Source: an uncultured Spirochaetota bacterium
GTDB lineage: Bacteria > Spirochaetota > Brevinematia > Brevinematales > JAOACQ01
NCBI GenBank assembly: GCA_963835575.1
Contig: CAWIGG010000002.1
Coordinates: 512,001 to 576,000 of the forward strand
Length of the DNA stretch: 64,000 nucleotides
Reading direction: 5' to 3'
The notes below the pieces were generated by a model. That model worked only from the letters and a program-made list of their open reading frames with translations. It was not told the DNA's origin and made no database searches. The first letter of the stretch is position 1, and every line of letters starts with the position of its first letter. Of the stretch, positions 50,084 through 60,715 are shown in pieces. Position numbers and translations under genes: made by a program.

Positions 50084-51366
50084 GGGCGGTTTGAAAAACC
50101 CACGTATCATATACAAATAGTATATAAAAACATATAATCATAGTCAAAAAAAACAGAGGTAAGGCTATGACAAAAATTAAGCGGAAAGACCGTAACTTGT
50201 TTGAATATCAGGAGCGGATGGAAAAGCTAAGCAGCGTAAAAACACCGCTGGATAAGCTTAACAGGGTTGTAGACTTTGAGATGTTCCGGCCGCTGTTAAC
50301 AGAGATTTTGGCGCCGAAAGAGCAGAAGGCGCCGGGTGGAGCGCCACATTATGACTATGTTTTCATGTTCAAGATACTGATATTCCAGAGGTATTACAAT
50401 CTTTCCGATGAGCAAGCGGAATTTCAGATCAATGACAGGTTATCCGTTCAGCGATATCTTGGGATAACACTTTCGGACAAAGTTCCGGACTACAGTAAAA
50501 TCTGGGAATTCAAGGAAAAACTGATGAAAGCGAAAGCAATAGAGAAACTTTTTAAAATATTCGATGAGAATCTTGAGAATAAAGGTGTGATAGGGAAAGC
50601 GGGCGTTATGGTAGACGCAAGTTTTGTGGATGTTCCCCGGCAGAGGAACAGCCGCGAAGAAAACAAGAAAATAAAAGAAGGCGAGGTTCCGGAAGATTGG
50701 AAAGATAATACGCATAAGCTTTCCCATAAAGACACGGATGCGCGCTGGATGACCAAGAATAAAGAGAGGCATTACGGATACAAAAACCATACAAAGGTTG
50801 ATGTGAAGTCAAAACTTATTCGTTCTTATGCACGACAGATGCGAGCGTTCACGATTCACAGGTAGTTGAACCTCTATTGAATGAGAAAGACAAAGGGAAG
50901 CCGTTTTACGCGGACAGCGCATATGTTGGCCCAACGGTAGCAGGAATATTAGAAAAATTTGAGATGAAAAACCGGATTCACGAAAAAGGATACAGAAATA
51001 AGCCATTGACGGAGAAGCAGAAAGAAAAAAATAGAAGAAAGAGCCGCATCCGAGTTCGTGTTGAGCATGTTTTTGGTTTTGTTGAAAATAGTATGAACGG
51101 CAGTACAATACGATCGATAGGAAAAGAAAGGGCAGAGAGCCAAATCGGGCTGATGAATCTGGTTTATAATTTAGCACGGTATGTTGTGGTAAAAGGTCGA
51201 ATTGCGTCTTGTGCGGCTTAAAATGCAGAAGATATGGATAATATTGCCCGTGTTTGCCTGAATTTTGGTAATAGAAACAGTTTTTAACCTGTTGGCAGAA
51301 ATATTTTGAAAATATTTTCTATTATCAGGAAAGTGTTGATAAATTAGACGGTTTTTAAAACCGCCC
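50084..51366 (+). mobile_element. IS5-family insertion sequence, 1283 bp
   Basis: 17-bp TIR GGGCGGTTTGAAAAACC / GGTTTTTAAAACCGCCC (1 mismatch); 4-bp TSD TTAT at 50080-50083 and 51367-51370. Confidence 0.9.
50167..51221 (+). pseudogene. IS5-family transposase with a 1-nt frameshift near 50832
   Basis: YNLSDEQAEFQINDRLS, VDASF, KDTDARW, YGYKNH; continues in the other frame as TTDASVHDSQ...YADSAY...RIRVRVEHVFG. Confidence 0.85.
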
Positions 51367-51384
51367 TTATTATAAATATTAAAT

Positions 51385-52678
51385 TCATGGATTAACTTTT
51401 TCTTTAGATTCATCGTTATATTTGAGTAAGTAAAGGCTGAAACCAAGAAGAATAAAAAATGAAAATGGCGTCGGCGGAAGCCAGAAACCGCCGTCAATAA
51501 AAGAAGCCGCCAGATACGAAAATATTCCGATGTTATAAATGGAAAATTTCAATTTTTTTATAAAAGTAATCATATAAAAAATAAAAAATAAAGCAAATAA
51601 AATCCCTGAATTGATAAATATATGGGCGATTGTTATTTCATAACCGCTGGTATTAATGGGATTTTGGAAAAAAGATCCGAATAAAAATTTAAACAAGCTT
51701 TTTTCAGACCATAGATAGTTCAAATAATTTGAAATAAAAACTATTCTTTCATTGTTTATAAGGTTTCGATTCAGTAATCTTTCATTGAGTAAGCCTTTAA
51801 AAAAAGGCACAATATTAATAAAAATGATGAAGCATAATATCACGATAATCGGCGCTGCAATATATAGAATTAATTTTCTAACTTTTTTTGCATCTTTAGA
51901 TACATAAATGTCACGAAGGTTCAAACAATAAAGCAGGAAAAGAGAGAAAAACATACCGATAATAACAGTGCCCGAAGCGGTTAATAAACAAATAATGGAA
52001 TAAAGGATGAGCGATAAATAATACAGAAGTTTCCCCAAAAGTTTTCTATTAATCCTTAAAAAATAAAACGCGAACCATGAAGATCATGATATAATTCACG
52101 CCGAACAAATTGCCGTTCTGATATGTTGAGAAAAGTTTGAAATAATTAAGATTTGGGTTGAAATTGTATTTGCCCAATATTCTTAAATCTTGAGCGGAAT
52201 GAATATTGATGCCATCTGCAAAATTAAATGTAATACCTGGTATGATTGTATTATATTCGCCGAATATTTTCTGGATATAACTATAAATGGTGAGAATAAA
52301 AAAAGAAGCCAGCATAATATTTTTAAAAACCTTTAAATCCAGCGGGTAGTACTTTGCAGTGAAAATAAGAAAAATCCCGGATAAAGAAAGAAAATACGGC
52401 AAATAATTTTCTGTAAAATTACCAATGGTTATTTCTTTAATAAAGATAAAACTGAAGCAGAAAAGCAGGGAAAAAATACCGAAATAAATAAGAGTGAATT
52501 TTTCCTCTTTCTCTTTATAATTTCGAACTGTTTTATAAAATGTCAGAGGAAGAAATATTAATACAGTAAGAATTAATGAAATATATAAAGGGAAAGAACC
52601 TATCTTTGTGCCGGCTTTTGGAAGAACAAAATTCAAAAAGAGTAAAAGAATTGTTAATATTTTTATAAAATGGGCCAT
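51385..52678 (-). pseudogene. Polytopic membrane protein, O-antigen polymerase/ligase-like, frameshifted near 52080
   Basis: Hydrophobic ORFs 52049-52678 and 51385-52038 join as ...NYIMI-SWFAFYFLRINRKLLGK if one base is removed; STYQNGNLFG motif; very AT-rich. Confidence 0.6.
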
Positions 52679-52818
52679 ACTTTTTTACCTTTATCAAGTA
52701 GAAACAGCATATTTTAACATTAATGAGTTAAATAATCAAAGAATCAAAAGACCTTCTTGCATTTAGGATTTTGAATTTGATTAATTATCATTATTTGATT
52801 CATCTTATAGGATTTATT

Positions 52819-52852
52819 GGCAGTCCCAAAAACCTTAGTCCTTGGAACTGCC
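52819..52852. terminator. TIR-like palindrome just downstream of ahcY
   Basis: GGCAGTCCCAAAAACC...TTGGAACTGCC, 5 nt beyond the ahcY stop. Confidence 0.5.
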
Positions 52853-52857
52853 ATTAA

Positions 52858-54258
52858 TTAATAACGGTAATGTTCGGGTTTATAAGGACCTTCAGTACTT
52901 ACGCCGATATAATCCGCCTGCAATTTTGATAATTTTGTCAATTTAACGCCGATTTTTTCGAGATGCAGGCGTGCGACTTCCTCGTCCAGCTGTTTTGAAA
53001 GGCGGTAAACCCCGACTTTATTATTATCTTTATTTTTCCAGAGATCAATCTGTGCCAGTGTCTGATTTGTAAATGAATTCGACATCACAAAAGAGGGGTG
53101 GCCTTTTGCGCAGCCGAGGTTTACAAGCCTGCCTTCGGCCAGAAGATAGATGCAGTGACCGTCGGGAAAGATGTATTTATCTACTTGCGGTTTGATATTC
53201 ACTGTTTTTATTCCTTTATAAGCATTCAATTCCGCTACCTGTATTTCATTATCAAAATGACCGATATTGCAGACGATGGCCTGGTCCTTCATTTTTTTCA
53301 TATGTTCAATAGTTATGATATCCCGGTTCCCGGTTGCGGTGACATAAATATCGCCGATACCGAGGGTGTCTTCCACGGTTTTTACTTCATAACCTTCCAT
53401 GGCAGCCTGAAGAGCGCAGATCGGGTCTATTTCTGTGACGATGACCCTCGCGCCGAATCCCCTGAGCGATTTGGCAGAGCCTTTGCCTACGTCGCCATAA
53501 CCGCATACAACAGCCACTTTACCGGCGATCATTACATCCGTTGCTCTTTTTATGCCGTCAGATAAAGATTCACGGCAGCCGTAAAGATTATCGAATTTCG
53601 ATTTTGTGACAGAATCGTTGACATTTATCGCCGGAACCAGAAGTTCTCCCTTTTCCATCATCTGGTACAGCCTATGAACTCCTGTTGTTGTTTCTTCTGA
53701 AACGCCCTTCCAGTCCTTAACGGCATTCTGCCAGAATGAGGGTTCTTCCTTCTGTATATTTCTAAGAAGTTCAATAATAATAGCTTCTTCCTTATTTTCC
53801 GGCTTTTTGTTGAGTATAGAAGGGTCATTTTCAGCAGAATAACCTTTGTGGATCAGGAGCGTTGCGTCCCCGCCGTCGTCTACAACAAGCTGAGGGCCTT
53901 TTCCACCCGGAAACGTTAAAGCCTGTTTTGTGCACCACCAATATTCCTCAAGTGTTTCACCCTTCCAGGCAAATACTGATACGCCGGCTTTTGCAACAGC
54001 AGCAGCGGCCTGGTCCTGAGTGGAAAAAATGTTGCAGCTGGCCCATCGGACCTGCGCGCCCAGATTGACAAGTGTTTCAATCAGCACGGCTGTTTGAACT
54101 GTCATATGGAGCGAACCGCTGATGCGGACACCCTGCAGCGGTTTTTCTTTTGAGTATTTTTCACGCACAGATATAAGTCCCGGCATTTCCTTTTCTGCCA
54201 CTTCAATTTCTTTGCGGCCCCAGTCAGCGAGTGAAATATCTTTAACCTTATAGTCCAT
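52858..54258 (-). CDS. ahcY: S-adenosyl-L-homocysteine hydrolase
   Basis: [63 protein letters not shown]. Confidence 0.98.
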   Translation of the reverse strand: MDYKVKDISLADWGRKEIEVAEKEMPGLISVREKYSKEKPLQGVRISGSLHMTVQTAVLIETLVNLGAQVRWASCNIFSTQDQAAAAVAKAGVSVFAWKGETLEEYWWCTKQALTFPGGKGPQLVVDDGGDATLLIHKGYSAENDPSILNKKPENKEEAIIIELLRNIQKEEPSFWQNAVKDWKGVSEETTTGVHRLYQMMEKGELLVPAINVNDSVTKSKFDNLYGCRESLSDGIKRATDVMIAGKVAVVCGYGDVGKGSAKSLRGFGARVIVTEIDPICALQAAMEGYEVKTVEDTLGIGDIYVTATGNRDIITIEHMKKMKDQAIVCNIGHFDNEIQVAELNAYKGIKTVNIKPQVDKYIFPDGHCIYLLAEGRLVNLGCAKGHPSFVMSNSFTNQTLAQIDLWKNKDNNKVGVYRLSKQLDEEVARLHLEKIGVKLTKLSKLQADYIGVSTEGPYKPEHYRY

Positions 54259-54279
54259 ATTGATGCCTCCTTTATTTTA

Positions 54280-55188
54280 TTATACTTTCATTGCAACAAA
54301 AACATTCAGTTTTAAATCCTGATTCAAAGGAAACTGCTCAAAACCGGTCAATTTAAAACCGGATTTCTCAAACCATGTTTGTATTTCCTCTTTTTTAAAA
54401 CCCAGCCACCTGTCGCCGTATTTTGTCCGCATCATTTCATTTTCATGTTTATCAAGCTCGGTTATGATAAATATCCCTTTTTTATATAAAACCCTGTTTA
54501 CCTCAAAGAATGATGTTTCAGGCTCGGCCAGATGATGCAGTGCCATATTCAGAACTGCAGTATTTGTCTCATTGTCTTTTAATGGAAGATGTTCCATTTC
54601 TCCGATGCGTATATCCACCCTGGAATTATTATTTAAAAAACGCCTCCGTGCTTCCTCCAGCATACGGGGAGAATTATCAACTCCGATAATTTTTTCAGCT
54701 TTATCCAGTAAATGTATAATAAGATCACCAGTTCCACAGCCCAGATCAACGGCAACAATGCATTTTTCTATTTTGCTTAATATGATTGTGGAGGTATCTA
54801 AACTGCCGAATATATTGCGCTTTAATAAATCCCAATCCTCAGCAACGCTGTTAAAGAAACCTTTTGTCTCTTCTTTATATTTATTCAACAAACCCTTTGC
54901 TGAAATAATATCATTAATAAATACAGATTCATCTTCCAGATTGTTTTTAATTGCGTCAATTATTTCGCCGCTTTTTAGAACCGCTGAATAATAGACCCAG
55001 AGGCCGTCCCTCCGGAAAATAACAAGCCCGCTTTCGTAGAGAATTTTAAGATGACGGGAAACACGGGATTGACCCATATTAAGAATAATCATAATATCGT
55101 TGACATTAAGTTCATGAAAGAGCAGAAGATTAAAAATCCTCAGTCTTGTTTCATCAGATAATGCTTTTAATATTTTTAATATTTCCAT
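54280..55188 (-). CDS. sahR: ArsR-family HTH fused to SAM-binding methyltransferase domain (SahR-like regulator)
   Basis: KALSDETRLRI, QSRVSRHLKIL, DLGCGTG; directly upstream of ahcY. Confidence 0.85.
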   Translation of the reverse strand: MEILKILKALSDETRLRIFNLLLFHELNVNDIMIILNMGQSRVSRHLKILYESGLVIFRRDGLWVYYSAVLKSGEIIDAIKNNLEDESVFINDIISAKGLLNKYKEETKGFFNSVAEDWDLLKRNIFGSLDTSTIILSKIEKCIVAVDLGCGTGDLIIHLLDKAEKIIGVDNSPRMLEEARRRFLNNNSRVDIRIGEMEHLPLKDNETNTAVLNMALHHLAEPETSFFEVNRVLYKKGIFIITELDKHENEMMRTKYGDRWLGFKKEEIQTWFEKSGFKLTGFEQFPLNQDLKLNVFVAMKV

Positions 55189-55198
55189 AATATATCAC

Positions 55199-55248
55199 TA
55201 TATCAACATATCCTGATATATTATATAGTCAAAATTTTAACTTGTCAA
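55199..55248 (-). promoter_or_regulatory. Consensus sigma-70 promoter with overlapping palindromic operator (probable SahR site)
   Basis: Minus strand TTGACA-N17-TATAAT (55248-55220); palindrome TATATCA-N8-TGATATA at 55199-55220. Confidence 0.8.
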
Positions 55249-55303
55249 ATCTGTCATAAAATATTATTTCTCTATGATATCCGGGATCTGGCTGTGATAA
55301 AAC

Positions 55304-56608
55304 TTATCTATATACTTCAACTTGGTCAAAATAGAGACTGTAATCACCGAGCCTTCCGCCTTCTTCAATGCCGACGCTGCAGAGCCTTATCTCTCTGATT
55401 GGAAAATCCATAATTCTATTATAAACAGCGCCGTAAGGGCTATAGAGGCGGGTCCTTCTCATCTTTTCAAAAGGAATAGTAATCCTTTTCCAGCCGTCCC
55501 AGCCTCCACTAACACGATAAAAAAAGACTTCGCCGCCCGCATCGATAACATACAAAACATAATTTTTATATTTTAAATTACCGGCAACCCACATACTAAG
55601 TGCCTTGTATCCTTCCCAGGAACCCTGCTTTGGTGTAAGTTTAAGGCCGGCTCCTCCAGAATTACCTTCAACACTTATGGTTACAGAAAGTGCCTTTTTC
55701 CCTTCTTTAATATTTAGATTAGGAAGATTATTAATTATTGAATATGTTACTGAATCTACTGTCCAGCTATAAGAAAATACAACGACTTTTTGTGAAGGGT
55801 TGTCCTCAAAACCGGTAATTAAAATGCTATTTGTCATAAAACCGATATTTGTTGTTTCACCAGCCTTTAATTGGCATGTATTATTTAATACTGTAACATC
55901 GTCGCTTAATCGATGGAGCCTGATTTTATATTCTGTGTCGGAAAGGATTTTTGTGTTCAAAGAAAAACTGCTGTTCGACGGTTTAGCGACCAACCTGTCA
56001 TTAATATAGAGTTCGTATTCCTCCGGGGCGATTTTGAAATTGCCGAAATTGAGAAAAGCGATTCTCTTATCTTCCTTCAGAATTGCTTTTACTATTTTTG
56101 AAGATATATCATCTATTGAATCAAATATTTCTTCATCGGTTGGGATTTTATAATCGTTTGATATGACGCTTTTTGTGATTTTACTCCATATAAAAAGATG
56201 AACAGTGGCTTCAGGGCTGGATAAACTTCCTTCCAGCATATAACTCCCATAAACAATGAAATCCGCGTTATATCTCTCTGCAATATCAGAAGGATTAAGA
56301 TTATTTATTTCTTGAAGCTCTGATTTATCCGGAACCTCAAGAGTGGGAAGAATGGATAGAAAGCTGTAAAAAGCGTTGAAAAGTATTGTTTTTAGAAGAT
56401 CGGGTTTTTTAAACTTTGTTTTCGAAGAGATATATTCAAAAGGAAAAATAACCGCTTTATATTTTTTTATTTCCACGATTTTTGTTTCTTCTTCTTCAAT
56501 TGCAAAATACTTGTTTTCATCTTTTACAGCGCTGCCGCCGGAACAGGAAAAGATCATTAAAATGCAGAATAAAGATGATAATACAATAATAGTATTTTTA
56601 AAAAACAT
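55304..56608 (-). CDS. Lipoprotein with TolB-N/CsgG-like domain and C-terminal carbohydrate-binding-like (CBM11/CIA30-type) domain
   Basis: Lipobox MIFSC; VIFPFE...ADFIVYGSY; ITGFED, WEGYKALSMWV, WDGWKRITIPF, YFDQV. Confidence 0.7.
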   Translation of the reverse strand: MFFKNTIIVLSSLFCILMIFSCSGGSAVKDENKYFAIEEEETKIVEIKKYKAVIFPFEYISSKTKFKKPDLLKTILFNAFYSFLSILPTLEVPDKSELQEINNLNPSDIAERYNADFIVYGSYMLEGSLSSPEATVHLFIWSKITKSVISNDYKIPTDEEIFDSIDDISSKIVKAILKEDKRIAFLNFGNFKIAPEEYELYINDRLVAKPSNSSFSLNTKILSDTEYKIRLHRLSDDVTVLNNTCQLKAGETTNIGFMTNSILITGFEDNPSQKVVVFSYSWTVDSVTYSIINNLPNLNIKEGKKALSVTISVEGNSGGAGLKLTPKQGSWEGYKALSMWVAGNLKYKNYVLYVIDAGGEVFFYRVSGGWDGWKRITIPFEKMRRTRLYSPYGAVYNRIMDFPIREIRLCSVGIEEGGRLGDYSLYFDQVEVYR

Positions 56609-56761
56609 AAAAACATCCTCCATTTGCAGTTTAGTACAATATTATAATAATTATCGTCAATATATATCTCATTTAAAAAGTATTAAAATAGATTTGTAAT
56701 ATTGATTTTATAATAAATGTTGTTTAAAATATTTAAAATTTTGATTGATAGGACGGTATTT

Positions 56762-57568
56762 ATGGGAAGAATCTTCACAACATTTTCATTGATGTTTATC
56801 ATGATTTTCATCAGTATTCCGCAATTAATATCTCAGGAAACAAATTCTGATAATTCCTTTTATTTCATACAGATAACTGATACACACCTGGGAGAAAATC
56901 AGAACGATCAAAATTTTGAAAAGATTATTTCAAAAATAAACAACCTGCCGATGAAAATTGAATTGATCGTTCATACGGGTGATATTATATCTGAACAAAT
57001 TATGGATAATGTCACGAAAAAAAAGATTGCCGGTGAACTGAAGAAATTAAAATTTCCTGTTTATTTTGTGCCGGGCAATCATGATATTAACGATAATAAC
57101 AGAGAGGCGTCATTAACAGCTTATACAAATATTTTCAGTTCATTGAATTATACGGTTGATTGCAGAGGCGTCGTTTTCATTTTCCTCTATTCGGAGCCGA
57201 TCCGGCTTTCTTTTAAAATAGCCGGTTATAAGCCGATGGAATGGCTTTCCAATACTCTCATGAAAAATAAGGATAAACCGGCAATTATATGCTTTCATGC
57301 CCCGATGACAGAGGATTTTTATAATAATTCCGGCCACAAAGGCTGGACGGGAAATTCGAAAGAAGAATGGGAAAATTTAATTGGAAATTACGGTAATATT
57401 AAAGCTATTTTGAACGGCCATTTTCACAGGGATGAGCTTCACTGGACCGTTGGAATACCAGTATATGTTTGTGAGTCCGTTGCAAACTATTGGAACAGGC
57501 AGCCGGCTTTCAGAATCTATCACTACATTAACGGTCGGTTGGATTATACAACACAATATCTGGAATAG
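56762..57568 (+). CDS. Exported calcineurin-like metallophosphoesterase
   Basis: ITDTH, TGDI, PGNHD, FHAP, GHFH. Confidence 0.9.
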   Translation: MGRIFTTFSLMFIMIFISIPQLISQETNSDNSFYFIQITDTHLGENQNDQNFEKIISKINNLPMKIELIVHTGDIISEQIMDNVTKKKIAGELKKLKFPVYFVPGNHDINDNNREASLTAYTNIFSSLNYTVDCRGVVFIFLYSEPIRLSFKIAGYKPMEWLSNTLMKNKDKPAIICFHAPMTEDFYNNSGHKGWTGNSKEEWENLIGNYGNIKAILNGHFHRDELHWTVGIPVYVCESVANYWNRQPAFRIYHYINGRLDYTTQYLE

Positions 57569-57814
57569 AAACAGGAGTTTCCGTAATATATCAACTTTAA
57601 TAAAATTATAATATAGAATTATTTATTCCATTATATCTATTCTTTATTTCGATGTAAAAGGGTTTGAAAAGAAGAGTGACTTTTTATCAGCCGGGTTTAA
57701 AAAAACCGCTCGATCCCGGGTTTAAATAAATATCTCATGTTTGTCATATTATGATGGTATTGTTATAATTACTGCTAAATTTAATTAAATGCATATTTAA
57801 CAGGAGCTTATATT

Positions 57815-58477
57815 ATGAGGGTAATATTATTAGCATGCTGGATGATGCTTTGTATGCTTGATGCTTTTACTCAAACGCTCTCTTATCAGACTGTAAAAGA
57901 TAATGATAATAGCAATATATCTTATCATGATGTTGTCATAAATGAAGCGGACGGTAATTATTCTGTAACAACATATTTCCCGAATGAATCCTGGGAATTT
58001 ATCCTGAGCCCTGTTTTTTCAACGATTGAGTGGAAATATTCAAATCCCGATATGGGAGTGGATGTTAAGGCTGTGAAAACATCTAATATTATTTCTATAA
58101 AGGGCATCAATAAAAATGAGAAGTATGCAAAGCAGGTCAAACTAGGTACTGATCCCTGGCTTCAGCAATGGGATCTTGGGCTGAAAAGTTTTGTTATTTC
58201 TGCGGATAAGAGAATTGTATTCTATTCATTTAATCCAATGGATGTTTCGATTTTTGGAAGATTTGAAGCGAATAAATTGGGTATGGAAAAGATCACTGTA
58301 AACGGCGCTGTTTTTGAAGCTCAGCATGTTCGGATTAATCTGGAAGGTTTGTTTTCCGTGTTCTGGCATGGGGACTATTATTTCAGGCCGGACAACGGCC
58401 GTTTTATTCTCTATCTGGGGAAAACAGGGCCTGCTGATTCCTCGGCAAGGGTAGAGCTGATTGGCGAAAAGGAATAG
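57815..58477 (+). CDS. Hypothetical exported protein
   Basis: AGGAG RBS, signal-peptide-like N-terminus, 220-aa ORF. Confidence 0.75.
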   Translation: MRVILLACWMMLCMLDAFTQTLSYQTVKDNDNSNISYHDVVINEADGNYSVTTYFPNESWEFILSPVFSTIEWKYSNPDMGVDVKAVKTSNIISIKGINKNEKYAKQVKLGTDPWLQQWDLGLKSFVISADKRIVFYSFNPMDVSIFGRFEANKLGMEKITVNGAVFEAQHVRINLEGLFSVFWHGDYYFRPDNGRFILYLGKTGPADSSARVELIGEKE

Positions 58478-58519
58478 AGAAAACACTTTATAATTTTATT
58501 TTGCAGAAGAGGTTCTTTA

Positions 58520-58928
58520 TTAAGCTGCCGTTTTCAAAGCAAAACCAAAAAATATTCCGATAATGATCATCCCGGCCAATCCTGTAAATAGATCATACAA
58601 AAGAGTGCTGAGCGGAATATTGTACATGATCCAGCTTGAAGCGGCAGACATTACAATGCTGAAAAACCGGCATAGTTAAGAAAAGATCTGTCCTTTTAAT
58701 AAACCGTTGCCGCCGGGCAGGCTTTTATAGAGGATGAGGAATATTCCCGCCATAATAAAACTGTAAATCAGGCCAATCACTATTCCGGCCGGGACATTGA
58801 CAGATGTTCTGGCGATCGGTTTATAAGCCCTCATAGAGTTTAACGGCAATCGGATTTGCTTGAATGACGCTGTCGAGAATTCCGAAAACAAGCCCGGCAA
58901 TGATGCTTTTAATGATATAATTTATCAT
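58520..58928 (-). pseudogene. Small membrane protein gene with at least two frame disruptions
   Basis: MINYIIKSIIAGLVFGILDSVIQANPIAVKLYE / AYKPIARTSVNVPAGIVIGLIY...GLLKG / SIVMSAASSWIMYNIPLSTLLY...GFALKTAA read as three separate segments. Confidence 0.65.
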
Positions 58929-58989
58929 TTTTTTGCATCCTTGTTTTTTACACAATTATAACAATCTGTGTATGACTGATTTTTAAAGC

Positions 58990-59925
58990 CTATTTTATTT
59001 TCAGATAAGCCGGACCGTATGGATTATAGATAAATTTAAGCGCCGAGGGAATAATTTTCACATCAAATCGGGAGAAATAGATCATTTCTCCGTCAATATG
59101 CGAAGGGACTTCTTCCTCAAATTCAAGACAAATTTCTTTGGCCTGAAAATACTCGACCACCTTATCATAAATATGCATTCCCTTCTTAACGGCCAGCATT
59201 TCTTTTAGTCTGATTGGGATAGGGATTTCCTGTATCAGGCAGATATCAAAGAATCCGTCATTGGCAACGGCTTTTGGAGTGAGAAAATAACCCGCTCCCA
59301 GTCTTCTGCCGTTGCCGATGGTTGTCAGGAAACAATGGCCGTCCCGCCATTTATCGCCGGTTTTAAAACGCATTTTTTTCGCTTTATAAAAGAAAAGGTT
59401 CTTAAGGATATGCCATGTATAGTTATATTTTAAAAATGAAAACGGGCTTTTTTTTGTGTCATGAATTTTATGGTTTTCCCAGGCCACCTGGGCATCGAAA
59501 CCGACACCCATGCCGTTGATAAAATACTTTTCATTACACTTCCCGGCATCGAGAGATATAGTGTTCATCTCAAAAAATATTCTCCAGTCATCATCGGTAA
59601 AACGCTCTGAAAAACCAAGAACGGGAATAAAGTCGTTGCCTGTTCCGGTCGGGATTGTCCCGATGGTAATATCTTTTTTATTCACCAGGCTCTGTATAGC
59701 TTCATTATAAGTACCGTCGCCCCCCACAAGGATGATGTTTTTCAATCCTTTTTTTGCATACTCAGCCGCTATTTCGGTTGCATGTCCTGTTCCAAGAGTA
59801 TAACGGATTTCAGCGTCTATACCATGGATTTTAATCATTTTTTCGACAGTCTGAGCGTAAGTGCGTCCGAAGCCATGGCCTGAATTCGGGTTGATGATAA
59901 ATCCAAATTCTTTCTTTCTCGGCAT
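58990..59925 (-). CDS. Diacylglycerol kinase family (YegS/DgkB-like) lipid kinase
   Basis: IINPNSG, VGGDGT, IPTGTGNDF, GVGFDA, HIDGE. Confidence 0.92.
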   Translation of the reverse strand: MPRKKEFGFIINPNSGHGFGRTYAQTVEKMIKIHGIDAEIRYTLGTGHATEIAAEYAKKGLKNIILVGGDGTYNEAIQSLVNKKDITIGTIPTGTGNDFIPVLGFSERFTDDDWRIFFEMNTISLDAGKCNEKYFINGMGVGFDAQVAWENHKIHDTKKSPFSFLKYNYTWHILKNLFFYKAKKMRFKTGDKWRDGHCFLTTIGNGRRLGAGYFLTPKAVANDGFFDICLIQEIPIPIRLKEMLAVKKGMHIYDKVVEYFQAKEICLEFEEEVPSHIDGEMIYFSRFDVKIIPSALKFIYNPYGPAYLKIK

Positions 59926-60705
59926 TCAAACCTCCTTTTCATGCTTTATCAATGTATTCCATTTTGAATAATAGGGTGCATCTTTACATCGGCAGCCGTT
60001 TTCAATTATCGCTTTAATTTGAGATATGATTTCCTGATCGCTTTTATGGATCAATGACTTATTTTTGATCGGAGGGTGGATGATCACTTCGAGCTTTTCA
60101 TCAGGGTCCAGGAACAGGCGGCGGGTTTTCGGCTTAAGCTCAAAAAGGCCGTTCAGCGTGACCGGGAGAACATCCAGCCGGCTGTTTTTCAAGATGGTGA
60201 GAAAACCCCTCTTGAAATCCTGTACACTTCCATCAATAGTCCTTGTTCCCTCCGGGAAAATTCCGATTGTCTTGCCCAGTTTAGCGATACGGACAGCAGT
60301 TTCAATGGATTGCCTTGATTTTTTTATACTTTTTGTAAAAATCGGTAAATAGCCCCACTTTTTTAAAAAAGTCCCGAAAAGCGGTATTTTAATGAGATAT
60401 TCTTTTCCGATCCAATAAATTTCGGGCATAAAAGCCATTACGGCCATAATATCGAATAAACTTGTATGATTTGCCAGAAGAAGGTATGGCTTGCCTTTTT
60501 CTATATTTTCCATACCTTTGATGATGAGCCTTTTGCCGGCGCATAAAAAAATGAGGCGGCACCAGAACCGTGCAATTTTCCGCACCGCATGTCTTAAGCC
60601 GGTATAAGCGAAAAGGAGAGCTGGAGGTAAAAGCAGAACTGTGGAAAGAAAGCCGAAAATATAAAAAGAAAATGTGGACAGGATAATTTTTATATTTTTT
60701 ATCAT
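59926..60705 (-). CDS. plsC: 1-acyl-sn-glycerol-3-phosphate acyltransferase
   Basis: ANHTSLFD (HX4D), IFPEGTR, FKRG. Confidence 0.88.
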   Translation of the reverse strand: MIKNIKIILSTFSFYIFGFLSTVLLLPPALLFAYTGLRHAVRKIARFWCRLIFLCAGKRLIIKGMENIEKGKPYLLLANHTSLFDIMAVMAFMPEIYWIGKEYLIKIPLFGTFLKKWGYLPIFTKSIKKSRQSIETAVRIAKLGKTIGIFPEGTRTIDGSVQDFKRGFLTILKNSRLDVLPVTLNGLFELKPKTRRLFLDPDEKLEVIIHPPIKNKSLIHKSDQEIISQIKAIIENGCRCKDAPYYSKWNTLIKHEKEV

Positions 60706-60715
60706 CCACTCCCCT

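Noticed and set aside
50815..50870. Programmed ribosomal frameshift in the IS5 transposase
   Set aside because: No slippery heptamer or homopolymer at the inferred shift site; a simple deletion or sequencing error is more likely.
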